Origin: a virus | Taxonomy: Duplodnaviria; Caudoviricetes | Length of the DNA stretch: 53,744 nt | Virus record (IMG/VR): IMGVR_UViG_3300025590_000010 | Coordinates: 1 to 53,744 of that record | Direction: 5' to 3' (one strand) | Shown here: in pieces, positions 44,943 through 53,744 of the stretch | How the letters are laid out: each line of letters begins with the position of its first letter | Numbering within the stretch: the first letter of the stretch is position 1 | Position numbers and translations under genes: made by a program | Notes under the pieces: model-generated | What the model saw: only the letters and a program-made list of their open reading frames with translations | Database searches by the model: none | Told to the model about the DNA's origin: nothing

Positions 44943-45714
44943 TTACGTTGAGGCGCTCAACCTACAGGATGGTGACACCTATCGCAGCAACTGTCCTCAG
45001 TGTAAGGGTAGAGGTACATTCACAGCCATGAATGATGGTGGCACAATGAAGTACAACTGCTACAAGCTAGGCTGTCGGGTTGGCGGCATCTATGAGACAG
45101 ACATGACAGCGGCAGAGATCATCATGCGTATGAGACCACCCCCTGAGAAGGCCATAGAGGAGGCTGAGACCATGGAGATCCCCGCTTACCTAGTGTCCCC
45201 TACCTTTGAGCATAAGAAGCACACAGCCTTTGTTCTGCGCTGGGGTATTAGTGACTATCCTGGCTTGATGTATGACGTTAAACAGGAGCGAACTGTCTTT
45301 CCGATACACTACAGAGGAAGGCTCATTGATGCAGTAGGTAGGGCCGTGGGTAAGAGAGCGCAACCCAAGTGGTATCGTTACACTGGTGCAGCTGATTACT
45401 TCACAGCAGGTAATGGTGATGTCGTTTTACTTGTAGAGGATGTCGTATCTGCCATCGTTGCCACCCAGCTAGTGCCTAACGTCACAGCCTTGGCTATCCT
45501 TGGCACTTCACTATCCAAGAAACACATGGATAAGGTAGGCACATACCGCAAGGCTGTGGTTGCACTTGACCCTGACGCCATGGATAAAACTTTACAGTTC
45601 AGCAGAGACATAAGGCTCTGGACAGGAATAGAAACAGTTGCTATGAAGTTATTTGATGACATCAAGTACAAAGTTAGCGATGACGTTAAACAATTAAAGG
45701 AGATATGTAGATGA
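44923..45714 (+). CDS. DNA primase (zinc finger + TOPRIM)
   Basis: CPQC...CYKLGC zinc-binding domain, VED, LDPDA TOPRIM motifs. Confidence 0.85.
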   Translation: MTMNIRSYVEALNLQDGDTYRSNCPQCKGRGTFTAMNDGGTMKYNCYKLGCRVGGIYETDMTAAEIIMRMRPPPEKAIEEAETMEIPAYLVSPTFEHKKHTAFVLRWGISDYPGLMYDVKQERTVFPIHYRGRLIDAVGRAVGKRAQPKWYRYTGAADYFTAGNGDVVLLVEDVVSAIVATQLVPNVTALAILGTSLSKKHMDKVGTYRKAVVALDPDAMDKTLQFSRDIRLWTGIETVAMKLFDDIKYKVSDDVKQLKEICR

Positions 45715-45890
45715 AACTAATGTTCTTACTTATATGGTTCTATGCAATACCAGAACAAGATATTAGGTATCACCATCTAGGTTCATTCGAGAATGAGACA
45801 AAGTGTATGACAGAACTTAGACATGCTTCTGTTCTTGTCAACAACAAACTAGAAACTATAGCATGTATTGAGGTACAGGTAGATGATTAA
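45711..45890 (+). CDS. Small hypothetical protein (59 aa)
   Basis: AAGGAG RBS; hydrophobic N-terminus, two Cys. Confidence 0.5.
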   Translation: MKLMFLLIWFYAIPEQDIRYHHLGSFENETKCMTELRHASVLVNNKLETIACIEVQVDD

Positions 45891-46533
45891 AGCAACATAC
45901 ATAGACCGCATGGGTACTGACCTTACTGTAGCTAACGCTGCCCGTGTGTCATTCGGTAAGACAAGCGAGATGGAAGACGATCCGTGGGGGCCACCTAAGC
46001 TCAAGGCTAAGGATGCTAAGCTGATTCGTTACCTTGCCAAGCATAAACATATCAGTCCCTTTGGGCATTGCTTCGCAAGCTTCCACGTCAAGGCTCCTAT
46101 CTTTGTGGCACGACAGTTAGTCAAGCATAAGTTCTTGAGATGGAACGAGATTTCTAGGCGCTACGTTGATGATGAGCCTGAGTTCTACACTCCTTATGCG
46201 TGGCGTGGGCGTAGTGCCGACAAGAAGCAAGGCTCTGAGGGTGTAGTAAATGTAGGTGACTGGGGTAGCTCAGGATGGGCAGCACTTAAAGCCTACAAAG
46301 ATCTACTAGCTCACGGTGTAGCACCTGAGCAAGCCCGTATGGAACTGCCACAGTCTACTATGACAGAGTGGTACTGGTCAGGTTCACTAGATGCCTTCGC
46401 TGACATGTGTAACCTGCGTTGCAAGGATGACACACAGGCAGAGACACGAGAGGTAGCACGACAGATTGACCACAAGATGATTGAACTATTCCCTGTATCG
46501 TGGGATGCATTAACGGAGAATGAAGATGCCTAA
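45883..46533 (+). CDS. thyX: Flavin-dependent thymidylate synthase
   Basis: [20 protein letters not shown]...NEISRRY, PEQAR..LP, LR. Confidence 0.93.
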   Translation: MIKATYIDRMGTDLTVANAARVSFGKTSEMEDDPWGPPKLKAKDAKLIRYLAKHKHISPFGHCFASFHVKAPIFVARQLVKHKFLRWNEISRRYVDDEPEFYTPYAWRGRSADKKQGSEGVVNVGDWGSSGWAALKAYKDLLAHGVAPEQARMELPQSTMTEWYWSGSLDAFADMCNLRCKDDTQAETREVARQIDHKMIELFPVSWDALTENEDA

Positions 46534-46738
46534 ACTATATGACTTAGAGCCTATGATTATGGACTGCTGGCATGTATGCGATGACCTACAGGTAGTGTTC
46601 AGACAGATAGGTGACGGTGAACGTGAGCCTACTCACGATGAAATGATGAACACCTTGATGGGTATGCAACAGCTATACCAGTGGAAGTTCGAGCAGTTGT
46701 TCTTCAAGTATGAGGAGGTACTACGTGACAGACAATGA
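46526..46738 (+). CDS. Hypothetical protein
   Basis: YDLE..IMDCW.V.DDL...N.L.G..QLY..KF. Confidence 0.65.
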   Translation: MPKLYDLEPMIMDCWHVCDDLQVVFRQIGDGEREPTHDEMMNTLMGMQQLYQWKFEQLFFKYEEVLRDRQ

Positions 46739-46898
46739 GTGGCCCTTAGAGGCAGACTTTAGTGACATCAGACCTATGACACCAGAGGAACGTAAGGCAT
46801 CTAAAGATCGTGACGAAAAGAATAAGTGGCGCAAGTGTGTTAGTTGTGGTAATGCTAGTAGAGACACGTGGTGTGGCTTTTGTCTGGAGGAAGAGTAA
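46725..46898 (+). CDS. Small zinc-ribbon protein
   Basis: GAGG RBS, GTG start; CVSCG...WCGFC. Confidence 0.55.
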   Translation: MTDNEWPLEADFSDIRPMTPEERKASKDRDEKNKWRKCVSCGNASRDTWCGFCLEEE

Positions 46899-47194
46899 TG
46901 ATAAACAGTGAGTGGCGAAGATTAATAAAAGAACAAGAAGACTTTAAGGAGACAGTAATGGCAGAGCATACATCAGACAACGTGAACAACCCGCCACACT
47001 ACGGTAAGGGTAAGATAGAATGTATTGATTACATTGAAGACTTCCTAACCAAGGAGGAATACATTGGTTATCTGCGTGGTAACATAGCTAAGTATCTGCA
47101 CCGCTGGCGTTACAAGAACAAGCAAGAAGATCTACTCAAGGCGCAGTGGTACTTGGATCGTCTGGTACATATGGATGGAAAGGATACAGCATGA
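46898..47194 (+). CDS. DUF3310-family protein (putative nucleotide kinase-like)
   Basis: DNVNNPPHY....IECID.I...GN..KY..R...K...EDL.KA.WYL. Confidence 0.85.
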   Translation: MINSEWRRLIKEQEDFKETVMAEHTSDNVNNPPHYGKGKIECIDYIEDFLTKEEYIGYLRGNIAKYLHRWRYKNKQEDLLKAQWYLDRLVHMDGKDTA

Positions 47195-47319
47195 TACCTG
47201 TAGGCCAACTACGTTTGTTACTCACCAAGGCAGGGCTAGACTTTGTTATCACTCGTGTTGAGGGTAACGTAGCACACGTCAACATACTTGTAGCGGAGGG
47301 GTCAGATGTTCACAGTTGA
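47191..47319 (+). CDS. Small hypothetical protein (42 aa)
   Basis: AAGGA RBS, ATGA overlap. Confidence 0.45.
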   Translation: MIPVGQLRLLLTKAGLDFVITRVEGNVAHVNILVAEGSDVHS

Positions 47320-47542
47320 GTTTGAATCAGATGCAGCTGTTATCACAACTCTAGATCAGAGTAACTTACATGAGGATGTAGAGGTTATCTTTGGTGACGA
47401 TGGTGATGTCTACATGAGACAGTTTGAACCAGAGATGGATTCCTACCAGATGTTAATCATGAGCGCTCAACAGTGGCTAGACCTTATGGCTGCATACAAG
47501 AGCAGTGAGGGGTCATACTACTTGGAGGTGAAACATGAGTGA
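47306..47542 (+). CDS. Hypothetical protein
   Basis: GGAGG RBS; acidic 78 aa. Confidence 0.65.
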   Translation: MFTVEFESDAAVITTLDQSNLHEDVEVIFGDDGDVYMRQFEPEMDSYQMLIMSAQQWLDLMAAYKSSEGSYYLEVKHE

Positions 47543-47747
47543 TGAAGGAATGTATTTCCTGGGTGGTGCTTTCGCAATGTATGTGCTAGCACTGCCCTTA
47601 CTATACCATATGGTAGAGCCAGAGGATGAGGAGATGGACAACTCTGGCCCTATCAAGTTTACTTTCCTGTGGCCTCTGATTGCCTTGGAAGTAATATACC
47701 GTATCTTTGTAGGAGAGAAAGACAATGATGGAACTGGCCCTAATTAA
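47535..47747 (+). CDS. Small membrane protein
   Basis: GGAGG RBS; two hydrophobic segments. Confidence 0.6.
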   Translation: MSDEGMYFLGGAFAMYVLALPLLYHMVEPEDEEMDNSGPIKFTFLWPLIALEVIYRIFVGEKDNDGTGPN

Positions 47748-48945
47748 AACATTACTAGACCGTGACTTTTATGAACAACACAAGGGCATCCGCTGCCCCG
47801 ATAAGATCTTTAGTAAGGATGTACGCAAGATCAAGCAGGCACTAGATAGTGCAATGGAAACCTATGATGGTAACATGAATGTGCAGGACTTACAGGCTGT
47901 GTTCAACCGCATGAACCAGAGCATGACCACTGCCACACGTACAGCATACGATGCACTCTTCCGCCGTATTGAGGTTGCTGAACCTATCAAGGAAGAGATA
48001 GCACAGGATACACTATCACACCTGTTTCAGCAGCACGTTGGTGATGTGGTTGCCAACCTTGGCTTCGACTATGTGAATGGCACAGAGAATAGCCTTGAGC
48101 CTTTGCGCATGTTACTTGAGGAATATAAGAATGACTTCACCCCTAACTTGCGTGTAGACTGGGAGGATGATGACCTTGATACGATCCTAGATGCTACCGC
48201 TCTTGAGTCACGCTGGTCATTCAACATACCTAGCCTAGCTCGTAAGGTTGAGGGTGTCAGTGGTGGACATCTTGTTGTTGTAGGCGCACGTCCCAACACA
48301 GGCAAGACATCCTTCCATGCCTCACTTATCGCAGCGGATGGTGGCTTTGCTCATCAGGGTGCACGTTGTATTGTGTTGTGTAATGAGGAGGCATACACAC
48401 GGGTGGCATCACGCTACGTCAGCGCCTCTGCTAACATGACCATGAAGGAGGTACGAGAGAACCAAGCCCTAGCACGTATGCGCTATGAGCCTGTGCGTAA
48501 GAACGTCATGTTCAAGGAGAGCACAGGTAAGGGCATGGCATGGGTTGAGTCTGTAGTTAAACAGGAGAAGCCTGACGTTGTTGTGTTGGACATGGGTGAC
48601 AAGTTCTCTGACATCAAGAGTGAGCGCAGTGACATCACGCTCAAGGCTGCAGCTATCCATGCTCGTAACATTGCCAAGCAGTATGACTGTTGTGTGATAT
48701 GGATGTCACAGTTGAGTGCTGAGGCAGAGGGTAAGGCAGATCTTAATCAGTCTATGATGGAAGGCAGTAAGACAGGCAAGGCTGCTGAGGCTGACCTAAT
48801 GCTGCTCATTGGCAAGACTATGCAGGTAGAGGGGCAGGATGAAGATCCAGTACGCTATCTTAACCTTGCCAAGAACAAACTAAACGGGTATCAGGGTAAG
48901 ATTACTTGTGTGCTAGATGGATCACGTTCTATCTACACAGCTTAG
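47725..48945 (+). CDS. DnaB-like (SF4) replicative helicase
   Basis: GARPNTGKTS Walker A, VVVLD Walker B, SQLS, AEADL, NLAKNK. Confidence 0.9.
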   Translation: MMELALIKTLLDRDFYEQHKGIRCPDKIFSKDVRKIKQALDSAMETYDGNMNVQDLQAVFNRMNQSMTTATRTAYDALFRRIEVAEPIKEEIAQDTLSHLFQQHVGDVVANLGFDYVNGTENSLEPLRMLLEEYKNDFTPNLRVDWEDDDLDTILDATALESRWSFNIPSLARKVEGVSGGHLVVVGARPNTGKTSFHASLIAADGGFAHQGARCIVLCNEEAYTRVASRYVSASANMTMKEVRENQALARMRYEPVRKNVMFKESTGKGMAWVESVVKQEKPDVVVLDMGDKFSDIKSERSDITLKAAAIHARNIAKQYDCCVIWMSQLSAEAEGKADLNQSMMEGSKTGKAAEADLMLLIGKTMQVEGQDEDPVRYLNLAKNKLNGYQGKITCVLDGSRSIYTA

Positions 48946-48954
48946 GAGATAGAC

Positions 48955-51003
48955 ATGAGACTAGTATTAGACGTTGAGAACAGTGTGACTTGGAGGGATG
49001 GCAAGATCTTTAATGATCCCTTTGAGCCTACCAACACACTAACTCAGGTTGGCATGGTAAATGCTGACAATCACGAAGAGTTACATATTGTAAACTTAGA
49101 TCACAATGAAGCTAAGGATACGTCAGGTGCAGGCCGTGCATTGATACAGAGTGTGCTGGACATGACAACCCTGCTCATTATGCACAATGCTAGGCATGAC
49201 TTGATGTGGCTGTGGGAGAGCGGCTTCACCTATGACGGTGCAATCTATGACACAATGCTGGCTGAGTACCTACTTCTACGTGGACAGAAGGATGCTATAT
49301 CCCTTAGCGCCTGTGCTATACGCCGTAACCTAGCTGAGCAGAAGGAAGACTACCTATCTACGTGCATCAAGAAAGGTATCAACACCAATGAGACTGATCT
49401 CAGTAAGCTTAGCCTTTATACTAGGGCTGACCTGCTCACAACTAGTGAGTTGTTCCACAGTATCGAAGCAGACTACGCAACCCCAGAGAGTAAGTCCCTA
49501 CACACCGTCAGAGAAGTTACCTTCGATACCTGTAAGACCCTCACCAGAATGTACATGTCAGGAATCAGGGTGGATCTTGAAGAACTAGAACGGGTGCGTG
49601 AACAGTTTGAGGATGAACGCTCTGAGTTAGAGACACGACTACAGCAACGTGTTCGTGAACTAATGGGTGACACACCTATCAATATAGGCTCACCAGAGCA
49701 GATGTCACAGGTTGTGTTCAGTGTTCGTATGAATAACAAGAAGGAATGGGATGGACTATTTGAGTTCACTAATGACTCGGCGGAATTCCGCTCAGCAGTA
49801 AAGGCTAACAGCCACCCTATCTATCGCACCAAGGCATTCACCTGCCCTACATGCGAGGGTGAAGGCAAGACATACAAGACCAAGAAGGATGGCACTAGGT
49901 TTGCTAAGCCTAATAAGTGCAAGGACTGTGATGCACGTGGCTTTCAACTAACACATACAGATCAGATTGCTGGCTTGCGTTTCTCTGCACCTAACAAAAA
50001 GTGGGTAAGTGCTAATGGTTTCAGCACAAGCAAGGACAAGATACAACAGCTAATAGGTACAGCAAAGACACACAACAAGGATGATGCTGTCTCCTTCCTG
50101 CAAGACTATCTGCGTTACTCAGCTATCCGCAGCTACCTGTCTACGTTTGTGGATGGTATAGGTATCTACTCAAAGGATGATGGCTTCCTACATGCTACGC
50201 TCACTCAGAGCGTGACAGCTACTGGACGTTTCAGTGGTAAGGAACCTAACATGCAGAACATGCCACGTGGGGGTACATTCCCTGTTAAGCGTGTGTTTGT
50301 GTCACGCTGGAAGGGTGGTCAGATATGTGAGGCTGACTTTGCCCAGCTTGAGTTTAGAACGGCTGCATACCTAGCCCAGGATGAGATTGCTATGGAGGAG
50401 ATTAACACAGGGTTCGATGTTCACAGCTACACAGCCAAGGTTATCTCTGATGCAGGTCAACCTACGACACGGCAACAAGCAAAGGAACACACCTTCGCAC
50501 CCCTCTTTGGGGCTACAGGTTATGGCAGAAGTAAGGCAGAGGAGGCGTACTACATTCAGTTCATTGATAAGTATAAGGGGATTGCAGCATGGCATAAGAA
50601 CTTAGGAGAGGAGGCAATGCGCTTCAATAAGATTACCAATGTTTCGGGTAGGCAGTACGCTTTCCCTGACATATCTCGTAGGTCAAACGGGAGTGTAACA
50701 CACTTCACGATGATCAAGAACTATCCAGTGCAGGGGTTTGCAACAGGTGATGTCGTACCTGTCGTACTCAATGAGATGTACAAGCGTCTTGAACCTATGC
50801 AATCCTGTCTGGTTAATACCGTGCATGACTCAACAGTGATTGACATACACCCTGACGAAGTAGATCAGGTACTAGGTATGGTAAATGATATGAATGAGGG
50901 CTTGACTGATCTAGTTGAGTCAGTGTATGGAATAAGAATGAATGTGCCTCTACTATTAGAAGCTAAAATCGGCCCCAACTGGCTTGACACAGTGGATGTT
51001 TGA
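48955..51003 (+). CDS. polA: Family A DNA polymerase with inserted DnaJ-like zinc finger
   Basis: LDVE and HN...D exonuclease motifs, CPTCEGEG/CKDCDARG insert, TATGRFS, DFAQLEFR, NYPVQG, TVHDS. Confidence 0.95.
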   Translation: MRLVLDVENSVTWRDGKIFNDPFEPTNTLTQVGMVNADNHEELHIVNLDHNEAKDTSGAGRALIQSVLDMTTLLIMHNARHDLMWLWESGFTYDGAIYDTMLAEYLLLRGQKDAISLSACAIRRNLAEQKEDYLSTCIKKGINTNETDLSKLSLYTRADLLTTSELFHSIEADYATPESKSLHTVREVTFDTCKTLTRMYMSGIRVDLEELERVREQFEDERSELETRLQQRVRELMGDTPINIGSPEQMSQVVFSVRMNNKKEWDGLFEFTNDSAEFRSAVKANSHPIYRTKAFTCPTCEGEGKTYKTKKDGTRFAKPNKCKDCDARGFQLTHTDQIAGLRFSAPNKKWVSANGFSTSKDKIQQLIGTAKTHNKDDAVSFLQDYLRYSAIRSYLSTFVDGIGIYSKDDGFLHATLTQSVTATGRFSGKEPNMQNMPRGGTFPVKRVFVSRWKGGQICEADFAQLEFRTAAYLAQDEIAMEEINTGFDVHSYTAKVISDAGQPTTRQQAKEHTFAPLFGATGYGRSKAEEAYYIQFIDKYKGIAAWHKNLGEEAMRFNKITNVSGRQYAFPDISRRSNGSVTHFTMIKNYPVQGFATGDVVPVVLNEMYKRLEPMQSCLVNTVHDSTVIDIHPDEVDQVLGMVNDMNEGLTDLVESVYGIRMNVPLLLEAKIGPNWLDTVDV

Positions 51004-51013
51004 GGTATAACTA
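50984..51013 (+). promoter_or_regulatory. Promoter TTGACA-N16-TATAACTA
   Basis: Overlaps polA 3' end, upstream of putative SSB. Confidence 0.7.
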
Positions 51014-51046
51014 GGTACTCTTTGACTCTATTAAAAGGATATAGAA

Positions 51047-51922
51047 ATGAGCAATGAACTACAAATCGCAACAGATCGTGGGCAGTCTATGGCTGAGCTT
51101 ATGGGTGTGTCTTCCGCACCAGCACAGCAGGCTACACCATCTATTGCACGTGTCGGTATGATCCACCAGCCTATCATGGGTGAGGTTGAGTTCAACGGCA
51201 AGACAATCAAGACAGAGGTTGTTCCCATAGGTGCATTCACCCTAACACAGGGCGAGGATAAGGTGTACAGCAATGGCATTACCTTTCGTGTCTTTGCCCA
51301 GCGCCAGCAGTGGCAGCGTTGGAACAGTGAGACAGAAGAGATGGAGAAGTCTGTCCTGTCTAACTCCCTTAATGGTGACATGAAGGATAGCATTGGTGGC
51401 TTTAACCTTGGGCGTCCTACTGGATACATCGAAGACTTCCAGTCACTACCTGAGGCTACCAAACAGATCATGCGTTCAGTCAAGCGTGTTAAGGTATTCT
51501 TTGGTACGGTAACACTAGACAACCCTATCAATGACAAGGGTGAACCAGTGACAGGCAACTACACTGATATACCTGTGGTCATGGATGTTAAGAACCGTGA
51601 ATCACTCAAGAGTATTGATGCTGTACTGAACGGTTTGAACCGTAAGAACCTACTACCTATCATGTCTACCATTAAAATGTCTGGTGTAGAGGATAGCATT
51701 CCTACTGGTGCTAAGTTTGGTAAGATTGAAGCCAAGCTAGGTAGCAGCGTTGATCTGTCAGACAGTGACAATGAGACACTCAAGGACTTCATTGAACTTG
51801 TTGAGTACATGAATGGTAAGGTGCTTGATCTACACAATGAGCGTAATGATAAGAGCATGTCAGCAGCTGATGAGGCTGTGGTCAAGGACATTCTTAACAA
51901 CGACTTCATTGAGGTGGAGTAA
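51047..51922 (+). CDS. Putative single-stranded DNA-binding protein
   Basis: Position between polymerase and exonuclease; acidic C-terminus ending DFIEVE. Confidence 0.5.
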   Translation: MSNELQIATDRGQSMAELMGVSSAPAQQATPSIARVGMIHQPIMGEVEFNGKTIKTEVVPIGAFTLTQGEDKVYSNGITFRVFAQRQQWQRWNSETEEMEKSVLSNSLNGDMKDSIGGFNLGRPTGYIEDFQSLPEATKQIMRSVKRVKVFFGTVTLDNPINDKGEPVTGNYTDIPVVMDVKNRESLKSIDAVLNGLNRKNLLPIMSTIKMSGVEDSIPTGAKFGKIEAKLGSSVDLSDSDNETLKDFIELVEYMNGKVLDLHNERNDKSMSAADEAVVKDILNNDFIEVE

Positions 51923-52791
51923 TGAATCATCCCGCTGAGTTAAAAGTCTTCAACTTCTTACAGAAGGCTATGGCTGGCGAGAGTACTATGACAGAGGAGG
52001 TGGCTAAACAAGTCGCCTCCGATGTTGAGGCTGCATTGTATAAGCAGTTTGATAGTGGCCCTCGTGATAAGTTTCGCTTACGTATGTCTAACATTGGCAA
52101 GCCTAAGTGTCAGCTGTGGTTTGAGAAGAACGATCCAGAAGACAAGACACCCTTCCCTCCTGCGTTCCTGATGAACATGATCCTTGGAGATATTGTTGAG
52201 GCTGTGTTCAAGGGAGTACTACGCTCTGCTGGTGTAGAGTTCAAGGACAACGATAAGGTTACACTCAAGTTACCTCACGGTCAGGAGATCAAGGGTGAGT
52301 ATGACATGGAGATGGATGGGCGCATTGATGATGTTAAGTCTGCATCCCCATGGTCATACGATAACAAGTTCGCTTCCTTCGATACGCTTGCACGAGGTGA
52401 TAGCTTTGGGTACGTGGCACAGCTTGTGGGCTACGCAGAGGGCGCTGGAAAGGATGTAGGTGGCTGGTGGGTAGTCAACAAAGCAAACGGACAGTTCAAG
52501 TATGTAGACGCCTCTGAGGGAGTGGACAAGGAAGCAGTACTCGCTGACATCCAAGCTCTCGTAGACTACATAGATAATGATGAACCCTTTGAGCGTTGCT
52601 TTGAGCCAGTAGAGGAAACATTCTACCGTAAGAAGACAGGCAACTGGGTACTGCCATCAGGGTGTAAGTTCTGTAGCTTCAAGCACAAGTGTCACACTAA
52701 CTTGCAGCCACGTCCTAGCATCCCTAGTAAGTCTAAGAACCCACAAGAGGTTGACTATACTTACATAGCACCTGAGTATAAGTATGGCTAG
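51922..52791 (+). CDS. PD-(D/E)XK Cas4-like exonuclease
   Basis: RMSNIG.P.CQLW, G.YD......DDVKS, Y..Q..GY, C.FC.FK..C. Confidence 0.85.
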   Translation: MNHPAELKVFNFLQKAMAGESTMTEEVAKQVASDVEAALYKQFDSGPRDKFRLRMSNIGKPKCQLWFEKNDPEDKTPFPPAFLMNMILGDIVEAVFKGVLRSAGVEFKDNDKVTLKLPHGQEIKGEYDMEMDGRIDDVKSASPWSYDNKFASFDTLARGDSFGYVAQLVGYAEGAGKDVGGWWVVNKANGQFKYVDASEGVDKEAVLADIQALVDYIDNDEPFERCFEPVEETFYRKKTGNWVLPSGCKFCSFKHKCHTNLQPRPSIPSKSKNPQEVDYTYIAPEYKYG

Positions 52792-53212
52792 AAGACATAA
52801 CTCACGCTTGTATCGCAGTGGTCTTGAAGTAGAGGCTGCTGCGTACCTCAAGGATAGGCAGAAGATCGTAGCCTATGAAAAGCTAAAGATCGAATGGGAA
52901 GACCTAAAGTATCGCACCTACACGCCTGACTTTGAGTTAGACAATGGCATAATAATTGAGATGAAGGGGTTGTTTTCTGCTGCAGACAGACGTAAACATA
53001 TAGAGATACAGCGTCAGCATCCTACACTAGATATTCGTTTTGTATTTAGTAATGCTAATTCAAGGCTTTACAAGGGAGCCAAGAGTAGGTACTGCGACTG
53101 GTGTGATCAGAAGGGCTTCAAGTGGGCGCATCGTGTGATACCAGAAGAGTGGCTCAAAGAGAAGGGCAAGCGAATGAAAGAGCAACGTGTCAAAGTTAAG
53201 AGGAGAGAGTAG
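52784..53212 (+). CDS. T7 endonuclease I-like Holliday junction resolvase
   Basis: YRSGLE, YTPDF.L.NGIIIE.KG.F...DRRKH, LDIRFVF. Confidence 0.92.
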   Translation: MARRHNSRLYRSGLEVEAAAYLKDRQKIVAYEKLKIEWEDLKYRTYTPDFELDNGIIIEMKGLFSAADRRKHIEIQRQHPTLDIRFVFSNANSRLYKGAKSRYCDWCDQKGFKWAHRVIPEEWLKEKGKRMKEQRVKVKRRE

Positions 53213-53565
53213 TGGCTTACGAGATTAAACCTGGTGATGTAGCTATTGTGTTGTCACCTGTTATTGAGGAAGGCGAATGGAACGGTAACATCAAGACAGG
53301 TATGGTGTTTGGTTCTGCTGGCTCTGAGGATGGCATGAGGGCTGCTCTTGATGAAGCACTAACTATGTCAGCAGCACAGAAGTTCTTAGAGATATACCCT
53401 GATGCTTGGGAAGACTTCTCTGATATAAGGGCTGACATAATGCAGGAAATGTTTCCTGATGAGTTTCATGAAGCAGAGGTAGAGCTAGAAGAGTTAGAGG
53501 AAGTCAATGTAGAGGGTAACGTTTACACGCTAGGACGCTGGACTAAGACAGAGGGTAGTGCATGA
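53212..53565 (+). CDS. Hypothetical acidic protein
   Basis: ORF track; ends TKTEGSA. Confidence 0.7.
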   Translation: MAYEIKPGDVAIVLSPVIEEGEWNGNIKTGMVFGSAGSEDGMRAALDEALTMSAAQKFLEIYPDAWEDFSDIRADIMQEMFPDEFHEAEVELEELEEVNVEGNVYTLGRWTKTEGSA

Positions 53566-53729
53566 AAAAGTTTAGCGTGACGTTTGTTGCTAAGGTAGAT
53601 GACAACAACAACATTCTTTCCTCATACGAGGACAACCATGAGCAGGACATACATGACTTGGTTACAGATATTATCTACGACATAGATGATGTAGAGATAG
53701 AGAACTTAAACGTGAGAGAGAGACAATGA
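53562..53729 (+). CDS. Small acidic hypothetical protein (55 aa) spanning the terminal repeat
   Basis: MKKFSVTFVAKVDDNNNILSS...NVRERQ*; ATGA overlaps at both ends. Confidence 0.65.
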   Translation: MKKFSVTFVAKVDDNNNILSSYEDNHEQDIHDLVTDIIYDIDDVEIENLNVRERQ

Positions 53730-53744
53730 TTACACAGGAAGACA
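53590..53744. repeat. Terminal direct repeat (circular assembly overlap), copy 2
   Basis: Repeats 1-155 and runs into the first codons of the MazG-like gene. Confidence 0.95.

Noticed and set aside
49780-49990. PolA insertion as an intein or intron
   Set aside because: No intein splice motifs, frame uninterrupted; it is the known DnaJ-like zinc finger
51922-52791. Cas4-like gene as evidence of a CRISPR-Cas system
   Set aside because: Stand-alone phage exonuclease in the replication module; no other cas genes or array seen

Overview
The window is an essentially complete (~53.6 kb unit length) dsDNA podovirus genome. It is circularly permuted, and 1-155 recurs at 53590-53744 with three mismatches. 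Hallmarks point to an HMO-2011-type marine phage, probably infecting Rhodobacteraceae or other marine Alphaproteobacteria: a family A DNA polymerase with an inserted DnaJ-like CxxCxGxG zinc finger, a tyrosine integrase directly upstream of the primase, separate primase and helicase genes, class II RNR, ThyX, MazG, PhoH, and no phage RNA polymerase. The genome has two arms. The + strand early/replication arm runs from 40.2 kb through the end and on to 4.27 kb. The - strand packaging/structure/lysis arm runs from 38.85 kb down to 4.3 kb. The arms diverge from a ~1.3 kb non-coding control region (38.86-40.2 kb) and converge on a bidirectional terminator. The most notable unexplained signals are: (1) a ~125-nt sRNA with its own promoter and terminator whose loop carries three anti-Shine-Dalgarno motifs, alongside an unannotated DUF1127 small-protein gene; (2) a recurrent [FYM]xxGG/GLM peptide tag in putative capsid-internal proteins, plus a modular cargo-like protein between portal and scaffold; (3) a repeated TTGACA-N16-TAHAACTA promoter; (4) a shared RNA internal-loop motif in the scaffold and capsid leaders; (5) an Acb2/Tad1-like small protein; (6) a gene lacking a canonical start codon at its likely 5' end. 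All family assignments come from motif recognition by eye, not from database searches.
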